Below, one piece after another: positions 11,507-25,100 of a stretch of DNA of 64,000 bases. The DNA comes from Tubulanus polymorphus (lineage: Eukaryota; Animalia; Nemertea): NCBI RefSeq assembly GCF_964204645.1, contig NC_134025.1, positions 28,066,299 to 28,130,298 of the forward strand, in the 5' to 3' direction. Both the position numbers and the translations under genes were made by a program. The notes beneath the pieces are model-generated. The model ran no database searches, was not told the DNA's origin, and was given only the letters and a program-made list of their open reading frames with translations. Each line of letters opens with the position of its first letter. The first letter of the stretch is position 1.

Positions 11507-12843
11507 ATGGTAAGTGTTATCTTTGTAGAAGACAAAATCTATCTTTTCTTAAAGCAAAACGAAAATCACAGGTGGATTACCTGGTAGGTCTTCCCATTCC
11601 GGCTTATCTAAAATAAGAGCGAAGAACATTTCTGAACACATTCATATCACAGACATTTCACATGTGGTGAGCTTACTTTTTAAACATGATTTACATTCGG
11701 ATTACAAGATCTATCTTTGCTATGGAAGTGTGTGTCAATAATTAGCTGATTTCATCTTGATCTGAATATCATTCTAAATTCATATTATGCGGTGGAATTA
11801 CATTTTCTATTTCGCCATATATTTGGCAATGTACACGTATTTTGTATGTAAAAAGTAACAATTCGATCGCAATCATTTCAGAATATCATTTTATGTCATA
11901 TCAACATGTGCGTATGATAGGTAGTAGTAAACCGATTCGCTACATATAAATTATCAATGTTCTCTCACGTTTCAGGATTTTTTATCAGAAGAACAGATTG
12001 CAGGTAGATCATATTACATAAAATAAATCAGAGTTTACTAATGCGTCGTCGTTAAAGCTCCGTGCATGGCTAGTCCTAGTTCTGACATCTTGTGGCCCGT
12101 TCGTTGAAGGTTATCAACCGAAAAACAATTTTCCTTGTACGGTTTTTTGTTTTCAGAATTTAGAGAAGCATTTTCTATTTTTGATAAAGACGGAGACGGT
12201 ACAATTACAACTAGGGAGCTCGGTACTGTCATGCGGTCATTAGGTCAAGACCCTTCCGAATCTGAACTACAAGACATGATTAACGATGTTGATATTGATG
12301 GTATTAACCGAATTATTTCTTTTCAAACATTCATTTCATTTTCACGGTGTTAATTAAAGAGATGACGTGAATACAGACAAGTTGGCCGGAAAGTCAATCT
12401 TCGTAAAACATCTAAGCTAATCGTGGTGTGGTATCAAATCTCTAGGCATTTCTAATTAAATTAGGTAATGGAACGATCGAATTTCCTGAGTTTTTGAAAT
12501 TGATTGCTGGTAAACTAAACCAGCCAGATGCAGAGGAGGAAATCAAACAAGCTTTCCAAGTGTTTGATAAAGATGGCAACGGATTCATCAGTGCAGATGA
12601 ACTGAGAAACGTCATGGCTAATCTGGGAGAGACACTCACGCCACAAGAAGTCGAAGAAATGATCAACGAGGCAGATGTTGATGGAGATGGGCAAATTAAT
12701 TATGACGGTAATAAAATAAAATGTCAAAGGCTAGAAAAAAATTATGTCTTCTATATTTCGCCGCAGATCATACAGCATAAGTCGCATAATTCATAAAAGA
12801 AATGTCTATTTCAGAATTTGTAAAAATGATGGTATCGTATTAA
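11507..12843 (+). CDS. Calmodulin-like protein (4 EF hands, 148 aa), not canonical calmodulin
   Basis: ATG-only first coding exon (11507-11509|gtaagt), as is typical of calmodulin genes. Further exons: 11976-12003, 12157-12300, 12465-12707, 12815-12843. Translation: [40 protein letters not shown]...[20 protein letters not shown]. Confidence 0.92.
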
Positions 12844-13118
12844 AACACGGGGAAAAAAGATGTGTGTTTTACGAATTTTGACAACAATTTTTACCAGAGT
12901 ACAAATCTACGGAACCGATTGTCGTAAATGATTTTATTCAATATTTTAGGGAGAAATGCTTCATCTTTATTGTAAATAGAATAATTTTTTCATTACTTGT
13001 AAATAAAATTCAAAAATTTTCATATTGATTCTATAGATCTATTCTATTTCGGCAGAGTAGAGGAACACGAACCCGATGATAAAAAATGTGCATGTTGGAA
13101 CATGGAAATGAGAGTTAT

Positions 13119-13340
13119 ATACACGGTGTCTCAAAATGTGACCGTGGGTCATAATTTTCGAAAAATGTTCGTGTTACACAGAGCCTGGATATCTCGATAT
13201 ATATTCCATACTTCAAAATTCGGACATTTCCGTCCAAGGTGCCGCACACAAAAAAAATCACCCACCCTTTTAAGATATCTTGAAGAAATACATCCTAAAA
13301 GATGGAAATTCCTAGGATGAGTGTCAAACTTGCATATTTT
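13119..13340 (+). mobile_element. Possible truncated Tc1/mariner-like terminal fragment
   Basis: TA-CACGGTGTCTCAAAA resembles a Tc1/mariner-type end. No matching second inverted repeat was found. Confidence 0.25.
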
Positions 13341-14395
13341 AACTATCCCGGCTTCTGATCAGGCATGGTCCCGAGCCCCAAATCCGGCTCCGAATATACC
13401 GTCTTAAAATTAAGAGAAAACAATATTCGAAACTGATTCCCGTAGTAGAATATCCCATGTAAAGCGATGGGTTGAGCGCCAAGCGTTGGGCTCGCGTTGG
13501 ATCTGAAGGTTGCATACGACGGCGTTCACCGCATTTAAAACACAGTTGAGCGCAGAAATCGACTGTTCAGCTGGTCCCGTAGGAATAAGTTTTCATTTTA
13601 GGTGTTAATCTCCTCATGCGTAATCGAGTTCTCTAAGCTTCTTCCTCCGAATACTCGAGTAATGTGACAGGGATCACGCCTCGTATTCTCGAGAACCGTA
13701 TGAACTCCGCTGATTGAAAAATATCGGGTAAAAGTGTTGTTTGCTGGCGTAAACTCATCGCTAAGGGTTTATATTGAATGTAAGAATATTCAACATCAAT
13801 GAAACAATACAATTTGTCTTAAAATGCATTTTATTTTCATCATAACTTAATAAGAATTAACAAAATTGATTGAGGTCTTTTCTTTTGTTCATCCCTCCTC
13901 CGCCTCCCTCCTGTTGTCCTTCCTTCAGACACAGACAGGCTTCACTTTTTACCATCTTCTAGAGACTCAGGCCTGAGACATATAAATTCATTTTCCCACA
14001 TGCCTTTTTCTTCTATTTAGAGAGACTAAATTAATCATAATTATATTTTATATGAAGTTAATTAGGCCTTCAATCCCGACCCAGTCACGTCATGTAGGGT
14101 ACAACACAATATTATTGCCCTGCTATATTGCTACTGTAGTGTTAAGTTGTTGTTGAACTAGACCAAGCTAAATGCTGTCTGTGGGGTAACATACTAGTTC
14201 TGGCCCTAACACCTCATGTAGGCCTAGGTGATACAAATAATGTATTGAATAATAAGCAAATGCCTCGTAGACAATTTTTGGTACATGAAATATGAGATGA
14301 CATATTTCAATTGATTAAAATGTTCACGAAAAGTCAGCGGTTTCAAATTCAACAGTTTCATATTCGTTTTTACAGATAGTATTGAGCAGGTCTCT

Positions 14396-15271
<876 letters not shown>

Positions 15272-16175
15272 TGTGTGACGCGTTTAATTCAAACTGATGA
15301 TCAGTAATGATTACATTAGCTCTTTCATATCAGTGTTTAGTATTAGTAGACATTTTTTGATGTTGTATCCTGCATAGATTAATACTGCACTATTAATTGA
15401 CAAGTGCAATAGGAATTATGTCGACGATTCTAAATCCATGTGTTACACGTATTATGTGGATATTTGCATTTATAGTTGTATTTGATGCAATACTACTCTG
15501 CACTAGTGGTATTGTAAGTATGACATTCTTCAATATGGATTTCTTTTGTTTGCGAGTGAACAAATTATAATGCCTTAACGGTAATAAATGCCTTTTAGAA
15601 TAGTGAAGGTTTAACGAAATGAGTATTAAGCTGGCTTTATTTAGCTGTATATAAATGATAATGTATTTTTCAGTGTTTATAAATAAACCTCATTACAGTA
15701 TCTGTACTTGACTGGAATTTTACTTATGAATGTTAGACCATTCTTTTTTTAGATAAACGTACATTTGTGCGCACTGCCTTGGAATTTTTTACTAAACAAG
15801 TTTTAGACAAAAAATTATGATGTTCTCCACCGGAAAATGTTGCCTTTGTAAAGATAGCTGTTTTGCTTATCCTAATAAAGTATTGATATTGTAAATGTAT
15901 TTGGATCTTGTCTATTTACGAGGAACTAGCAACTAGCACCACCTTCAGGATGTTATGAGAACTAGTTCGTATGTAGCCTCCGACAAACACAGAAAATTGA
16001 GCATAGTTAAAAGCCTTTATATGTGTAAAAATATTTATTCGGGATATAAATTATTGAAGTTTACAAAAGAAAGTCCAATGAAAATAGAAAACACTCCATC
16101 AGCAATTTTAAAATATCTGAATACTATATGTAAATATAGATATCACACTTCAATGATTACAATGCTATGGTTCAC

Positions 16176-19100
16176 TTATTGTAATTTTTTGCCCACTAAA
16201 AATCTGGTAACTCGTTCTTTCACTACTTTCAAACTTATTCGGTCTGAAGATACGGTATTTTCTCTTATATATTGAACAAGATCTGTATAACCGAGGTGCG
16301 CTGCATACTCTTCTGAATTCATCCATTTAAACGTATCTTCTTCAACTGCTATCTGTAACATAGAACATTGTGTTAGTCGATGTTTCTTGAGAAAATCAAC
16401 TTTCCATATACCAGGGTAAAGGTATTAATTTCAATGGGTAATTTTGATGGTTATATGGACTTAATTTCACTACAGTTTACTTATTTCAAATTAAACTTAA
16501 ACTATATGGAACTTAGTCCAGCCCGAAGGTAGCTGAGAAGTGTGATCTTTGGACCAGAGAATAAGCTGCCTGGACACCTTGCATTTCTACGCGTTAGGCT
16601 AAAAAAAATTGATACCTTGTTTCTCCGCTCTGCTGAGCTTAAATGTTGACCCGGCCGGCCGCCTATCTACCCTATACATTACTTTTTTTTAAAATCGTGA
16701 TCAATTTAACCATAACAGACCCGGCCGCTATAGAAATGAACTGTTTATAAATTTTATCATATTTTACAAAAAAGACCCGGCCGCTGCGGAGAAACAAGGT
16801 ATCATTTTTGTTTAGCCTTACGTACCTTTTCTTTTCGTTTACAATCAGAACCGAGGTAGACCAGTTTCTTCACGATATCCGGTTGATTGTGCTCGAGAGC
16901 TAGAAACACAAGATCGCGAAAATTCATCCGCAGCGGAACTGAATACGGCTCCAACTGAAATAAATAGAAAACAATCAATAGAACACAACTATTAACTAAT
17001 ATTTCGGAATGAGTAACACGCTACTTACCACTTTAGGAAATGATGAAAATGGATACAGCATGTTTTTAATCCCGCGCAGAAATAGAATGTATTTTCTATG
17101 TGGTGACTTCTTTGGGCTGACGATTATTTTCTTCAATGCTTCATACTGCAATCAAAACAATAACATCGTCATTTTCTGATGCACTTTAATTCAGCAACAT
17201 TCAACCAATAGAATCTATGGCACGTGTACCTTCGTTAAAATGATCATCTCCCACTGGAGACCATAAACTTTCTGAAAAAGAATAATACGGTTGATGTCTA
17301 TGTCAGGATTTTAAAGTTTTTTTCTGAACAAAACCTAGTTATGTACGCAATTTACCAATTTTTCCTGAGGTATGAAGTCAATATCATCAGCATAATCGGA
17401 TGGAATTTTTCCCATCTAAAGACAAAAAAAAAATATCTGATACACATAATACATCCATCAAATCTTTTTTATTTTGCTTACTGTAGTCTATAAAATCTCC
17501 CGAAGGTATTTTGGATTTTTATCATTGGGCGTGTATTATCTATTTCTGTAGTCTAATATATTTTTGCATTTATGATACTACAAATATATAACTTAATTCT
17601 TTTATATCAGGAACAGTTGCTTTTCTGCTGATAAAATGAAATATAACGTATTGCACTAACCACATCCTCTGCTAGTTCATCAGCGTTGTATGATTTCAGA
17701 ATAGTCAGCAGATCTTTTCCACCTTCTCCCAAACTATATGCATAATGTAGCGGTGTTCTGTTCATCTGAATGGAGAAAATTAGGCTTTTTACTTTAACTA
17801 AGTCGAACAATGTTTAACGACTGCCACAGTTATTAGCAATTAGATGCATTACGTGCAAGGATTTATTGGGAAAATAATTAACAAATGAATATCTATCGAT
17901 TGACACTTTTCATGTTCTGATTAATTAATCAGACGCTCCATTTACGATTAGTTGATTGACAGGTTCAATGCATGCTTTCCCTGCGTTACTCGTACATTCA
18001 TTTCCTCAACTCTTTCACTGCCATTTCATGCCGTCTAACCACAGCCAAAATTAAATCTTGCTGTCACTTTGTGTGACAGAATCAGAAAAAGGCCGCTCGG
18101 CTAACAAAATGAAAACGCGGAAATTTTTCTTTTCTGACAGGAAACCGTATCATAGGCAGGGAAATTACATAGCTCATAATTCTTTGCAACATAAAGTTGG
18201 AATGTGATAGAATTTCCTCCGACTACTGCACAACTTAGCATCCTTGGTTTAGCTGTAGAATGCTTGACAGATTCCGACCAATAGCCGATGATTATAAAAT
18301 ATTAACAGTGGTTATATACTATTTTTTTCTCATGAATGAATGAATGTTCATCAGCCACATTGAATCATGCACTGTCATATGAACACTGTGTTCTCCGAAC
18401 GTCCAGATTCAAGCAGCAAGGTTTCAGCATAGATGAAAATATCAACAATTATATACTAAGGTAAGGTTAACAGATTTCTTTTAGACAAAAACTTCTTGAT
18501 ACTAAACAGAAAATATGTTGCTAGAAATAACCAAATTTCAGGAAATGATGCTTGGACTCTCTCTTGAAATTAGTTTCTACTTGGCTGTCAGATATAACAA
18601 GATATTCTCGTCATATACCGGGATAACGCTTGAGAAGTCAGTACCAAAAGATCCATCGACTTTTAGCTTGATTTTCATGAAAATATTCTAACCAGATTAA
18701 ATCATCATCTGATACTTCATCACCAGAGTTATGAAAGAATTAGTCAGCCGTGTGACCAGTTTCAGTCAATATGGAAAATGGAAGTCAGATGCCAGCAGTG
18801 TGAGGTGCATCTCTAAACTTACATTGTCTTTACTATTGACAACCGAGTCGCATTTCTCCAGTAGCATCTCCATAAAGCTTGTGTTACATCCGTGAAGAAT
18901 GGCGAGAGTCAGAAGACATCGGCCAGCCTACAATCACAAGTCATGGTATTCTATCATATGAAATCCTGGTGACCTTCCATTATAGCTTTAATGCATTATA
19001 GCTTTAAAAATGTTAAAACATCAAAATATGAGGAATATTACTATTGACTCGAGCATGTTCGGTGCATCAATATCCTCGAACGATGTTTTAGCGAGTGACT

Positions 19101-22100
19101 TTTTTCATAATAGATTCTTTAGAGCACATCATTTGACAGACGGATGAAACCAATATCATATTCATTGCCCTTTGGGGGACTTAGTGCGCTAGCAACATGA
19201 ACGCAGTCATCATTGAAAGCATAATTCCATGTTCTCTTCGCTTACAATAAAACTCTAATGTGATCAGTATGTTTTGCGAAATATGAATTTTTCCTTAACG
19301 GGCAAAAAAGCCACTACGCCCTGAAGCGGTTTTTAATTGATTGACACCACCCAAATTACAAAAATTCTATCAAATTAAAGTGATTAAATACATTAGGATT
19401 CAATACATCGTGTCTAAATTGAATGAAGAGAAATATCAATAAGTCGACGCAATTCTTTTGGAAATCGGAAAATTTGGTATGTCCAGAATTTTCCTGTAAA
19501 TATTCCAGTGGGATTTTGAGGCAAACACTTAGTGGAAAAAGCATTAACGACCAATATGCCTGTAAAGGCAATATCATTAGCCAAAGAAAAACTAACCAAT
19601 CACTATCGTACAGCCATGATATAATTACGCGGCACAATTTGTGCTAAAAACGTAAGGATTATAGTTTGCGCACCACACACTGTGTGCCAGTATAATTGTC
19701 ATGGGTTCAGTGAAGGCGCAGACGCGACAGTAAAATAACCAATTGCAACGCAGCTTCTTATTGATTAAACTGCTTGACGGAATACCGCTGACATCAGTGA
19801 GTCTACACGAGACTGATTCCTGTCGTTGACTAAAGGCCACAACCTTATTATTATAATCACGAATAGGTCTCCCCTGAATCGACATAACGCACAAATAGTC
19901 AAGCTAATTTTGCAATGACGACAATCTAGTTTCTAAACGCGAAAAGGAGAGAGAATCTGTCGTGCACTGACCCTATCTTTGAATTTCATCAATAATTCAG
20001 CATTTTGATGATTATTCAGGAGCTCGATTACTCGTTCCTCCTTATCTCCTCCAGTTATCAAGCTCTGTATCCGTTTTACGTCATTCTGAAAAGAAAAAAG
20101 ATTTCGTCGAAAATGTTTATAATCTGCGCTTAGCCGAACTATATTATATGCTGTTATCAAAATGTGTTTATTACAGATCATGTTTTTCGTAAAATCTTTG
20201 TGGAAAATGTCGGATTACCTGCACATCGGGTAATCCTTTCAGGAAACTGGACACTTCCTCTGTCTCATTACCAGCCGCGTATATGTAGGAATCTCGCCAC
20301 TGAAAACGTGCATTGTTATTATTTGGATTAAAACCGATATGATTTGAATAATGAAACAATTCAACTGACATTTCTGAAATCCCAACGTCATTCGATGATC
20401 ATTCGAAAAGATTAAATCTGAGAAATTGAAATCGGATACTTTGCTCTGACTATAAAATCGACTTTCAGTTTGAAAATCATTTATAATTAATTTTCAGAAT
20501 TCGTCCCCTGCAGTTTCAACAATTCAAAATAATCATGATTAGTTTCGAAACCATGGAATAAAATCAAGAGACGCTGAGCTCAAAACTTGCAAATAAAGAC
20601 ATATTGGATAGAAATATATATATATATATATATATTTGCTGGCTCAAAATTTACAGAAGATGTTGAAGATATATTATATTGGCTAGACATACATTTGAAG
20701 GTATTTGATGGTATTTGATGGTATTTGAAGGTATTTGATGGTATTGCCAATTCACAGAAAAATACAGTATGAGATGTATACAATTTGTTACTCGCAATGA
20801 CTTTTTTGTCGAACTCTAAACGAAATAAGATTTGTGCGATTTTTGCATTAAAAATAATTTCTAACATTATAAGACATCCCGTTGGATTGTGAGAAAAATA
20901 AAATACCCTATTGGTGTATATCTACCTGAAGATGAGCTGGCTAAATATTTGAAATTTTTTTGTCACCAAATACACCATGAACTAACTGGTTAGGTTTTTT
21001 TATATAAATATATTACATTATTGGTAGATTATTACGTTTGATTAACTGTAGAGATGATCTACCCAAATTCACGAACAAAAAACTAACATCGCCTTTCCAT
21101 GTTTCATATTACAATTCATTTATGACAGCCTCAAGATTTTTGAGCTTATTCATCATTAAGCCAGCTTAATCAGTAATAATATGTCCTAGGAGAGTTTTCT
21201 CCAGTTTCTACCCCACAGTCCACCAGTAATTTCAGCTGATGTACATGAATCTGATACATGGTTTCCCTCATCAGAAATATCTTTCAATTAGCTATGATAT
21301 TCGTGATTTTATTAATTACCTATTTCCCACACACCTGAATTTATCTATAATTACGCTAACCTGATATTCGATGAAAAAATCTTCATAGCCTTCGACGAAA
21401 AGTTTCCAAAGTGTATCCAGTTTTGTGCCTCTGATCAATTCAATGAGGCGCTGAAAGAGATTTTCCAAATCAGTCGGTGACCAGTTACAAATTAGGGACG
21501 GATCCAAGAGGATGGTGCAGGAGGTGCGCACATACCCCCTAAAAATGTCAGGTTGCCGGAAATTTCATGGGAAAATGAAATATATCAAACTGAGTGCTCA
21601 AAGTATAATCCTCTTTAATTATATCAGATAAATCAGTTGCGTAAAGATTTTAAATGCAATTTTATTAGATGTAATTGAAATTCCATATCTCTTATATAAT
21701 CATTATAAGTTCGTAAGTTTGAGAAAGGAATTGAAATCAAAAATTAAAAACTTTTTATATGAACCTTATCAATTGCAGTTACAACACTTGTTTGTCCAGT
21801 CAATCTCGCTATATTCCTCGCTGTTGCTCCAGTCTAAAATATCAATTTTCAACTCTTTCAGCTGCGAAAACTGTAGTCAGATAAAGATTGTGGAAAGTTT
21901 TCGAAACTTTAGAATTGTTCAGAATCTCGATACGATCAGCCATCGTTTAGAGCAGAAATGAATTTCATTGCATAATCGGTAAAAAATTCTCAATATGCAT
22001 TATTGAATTTCTGCTAACAAAATTTGAATATAAATGGGGTTTTATGCAGATCGCTTCGAGGGACATCCATGTCATTTCGGGAAAATATTCAAAATCGAAA

Positions 22101-25100
22101 AGCTATTAATGTGATGGATAAGAATCAATTAGTTGCAGATTGAAATGAATGGATATTCGCCGCAAGATATGGGTCTGAACATAACTGAAAATATATCCAG
22201 GGCATAGAACACTGCGGGTATTTAATCAGTTGCAAATTTCACATCAATAATATCAATTGACGAAAAATGCGTGCAATAATGACGTAAAGATTTTTGGCAG
22301 CGATATCACTGGTCAGAACTGAGTTATCAACTGTGAAAATAATATCCAAGTAACCCTAAGGTTCATCTTTTTATCCATTCCACAAAGTTGAGTCATCGTT
22401 CAGTATAAAGCGTTGGTCGATTACAGATTTATTGAAACGTACGCGTAAATAATGAGGTTTCACAGTTTATCAACTTAAGAAATGTAGCATTCGCTTAAAC
22501 TCAAAGCTTATAATCAATTCTTCTCTGTGAATATGCTAGCAAAACAAATGGCAATAAACTTACATCATCTCGGGCGGCGATATCAACTCCTTTAGCCAGA
22601 AAATACTGAATGAAATTCAAATTACTTTCTTCATCGCAACGATCAACAAGATAATGTAACGCAGTTCGTCCTTTCTGTAATGAAGAAAAAAATGATCTTT
22701 CTTTTTAGTATTAAGTAGAACGTTCGACTAACCAATAGAAATGATTCCTCCGTGGTAGACACAGTAGAGACAGGCCAAAATCCCAGGAACAATAGCGCTC
22801 CAGTCTGCGCTACAAACAATTGCAAAAAAGACATCTTCGAAGCAATACAACAAAAAACGTCACATCACCTCATATTTAAAAAAAAAAACGCCGGGAAATT
22901 ATCTATTCTTAATCATCTATTTTCTAGTGCCATGATTTACGCACAATTTTCTCTAAATTCAGATCATATGACACGGGGCATATGCCTGCCGGCAAAATGA
23001 TAATCTACTCTATGATAAACGGAATAATAAACAAAGCTTTGAGTAATAGCCGGACACCGATTTGACAAAATCTACGTAAATTATGCCTCCGGCAAATTAG
23101 GCACATATGCTGCTGGGGCGAACGAGAATGCCACGGGCGACGCCAACGGCAGCAGATCAATCCTAACCACATGCTGCTGAGCACCGACCTTAGTAGGAAG
23201 TAATTGCGTGGATTTACAGTTGTAAATAAGAAAATTTAGCGTGATATCATCAACACTGCAGGCGACTGGGCTAATTAAATAGTACAAGCAGAGCGAGATG
23301 AACCAAAATGCATGTGACAGCAAAACTGTCACAAACATTTACGATTCATTTCGGAGTGTACTCAATAAAACATCTTTTAATTAATCTAATTGTAATGGAC
23401 GAATTCTTCTATCCATTTACCGAAGAACAAAAATGTAAAAAAACATCTTCTCATGGGTTTCGGTTTTTCAAATCCCAAAGATGAGCCATTCAGGCTCACA
23501 TTACTTTATAGTAAGACAGTAAACAATAGGAGTATAATGTAGAAAGGGGATATTATCAGTGGAAATGAGTATAAAAGAGGGAATCATGTGGAGTTGATGT
23601 CATGCTTGTCTATGTGTGGTTGATTGTAAATGACACCACAGCATCACAACATACAGAAACTATCATCAGCCTTTTACAGGACTCTGGACTCATTCAGGAC
23701 TGATAATTTATACCAATGACTATTCTCAAGAAGTGATTATTCACAGTCACTGAAAACATGTTTAGATAACTTATTTCGGCAAATATCGCAACTTTTTCTG
23801 CAGTTTCAACTAGGGCTTTTCTCTTCCATTCCATACCGTTCAATAATGTGACAAATAACATCAAGTTGTTCTAACCATTTTGATGGACATTGATCGAATT
23901 TCCAGCTCGGACAAGGAATCAACTTATCACAGAAAATAATGTAGTTGCCATTATAGATTTCTACTTAGTTTCTGGCAATGAAAGTCTTATCGAGGAGAGA
24001 AGACAGTTCGGCATTTCTGTGTAGGATAAATACAGCATCTTCGAGGTCTATAACAATGTCGAGTTAATGCGACATTTGAAGCGTGAAAGCAACTGAGCTG
24101 CCGGTCCATTCATTTTATATACCCACAAGCTCTATCAACTAAGTTTCACGACTGAGAGCTGTGCTTCTATCATCTACCGTCAAGTCATTAAAATGTGCCC
24201 CGGGTACGCGTCGTATAAAACCTTTGAACTAAATAAAAACCCGCTGCTGAGATAGGTCAAGTCATTCTTTGCGTGACAAGTAATAGGAAATAACGCAAAT
24301 TATTCATAGCTTAAATCATCGGATTTAGAAACACGAAACACATTTCAAACTCGTCTTTTACAGTCAGGAATGTTCGTAATAATATAGGGCAAAATATCGT
24401 TCTTTATTTACTGATAAATCGAAAGAAATAGGTATAGAAAATGATTTTCAAACTTTAACAACTTGCTGCTTTTTTTCTATTTCTTAACAAACAAACAGGT
24501 CAGTATTAGATGAGCATAGAAAAAGAAATGATCAGAATTAAATGGGCTATGTTGAAATATAATCTCGTGGACAAAAATATTTTTAGGACAATCGATAATG
24601 ATTGACATGTGACAAATGTGCCAGAAAACTGGTTGTTCCAGTCACTGGAAGCTACCCGACTCGCTGTTTATTGAACCATCAAGAAACTTGACAAGCCTTA
24701 TAATGGTTTTACCGTGTAACCCCCAGGATTCTAAACCTGAAAACTATATCGAGAATAACAATAAGGATGCGGGTGCTAATGATTTAAACAAGACAAAATG
24801 ACAAGGCCGGGATCGTCTTACAATATTCACAAATTGACATGGATATCATTTCGAAAAAAAGTAAACCATTTCGGCAACTTCTCGCAAGAAAATCTCTCCG
24901 AGATTCCTTTCATTTCAGTGTGATGGTGATTTTTACGGTATTTCTTATTCCAAATGAGATGAGGTGGAAATATGAGTTGGTGGATGAAAATGGGGGGTAA
25001 TGCGTTAGCTGTTGTTAACAAAAACAAGAAAAGAAGCCGAAATACACCAAAAATACAAAACCCTCAGCAAAAAAATGATGCGGTATCACATTTGGAGCTC

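Noticed and set aside
13360-13720. GC-richer segment resembling a tRNA/ncRNA
   Set aside because: No cloverleaf or A/B boxes; better explained as the UBE2E promoter / 5' UTR exon.
20693-20746. Regularly spaced short repeats (CRISPR-like at first glance)
   Set aside because: Head-to-tail 10-mers without spacers; eukaryotic intron; no cas genes.
21494-21545. GGGACGGATCCA...GTGCGCACATACCCCC fragment resembling a MITE terminus
   Set aside because: Only one short degenerate end, with no partner inverted repeat or target duplication.
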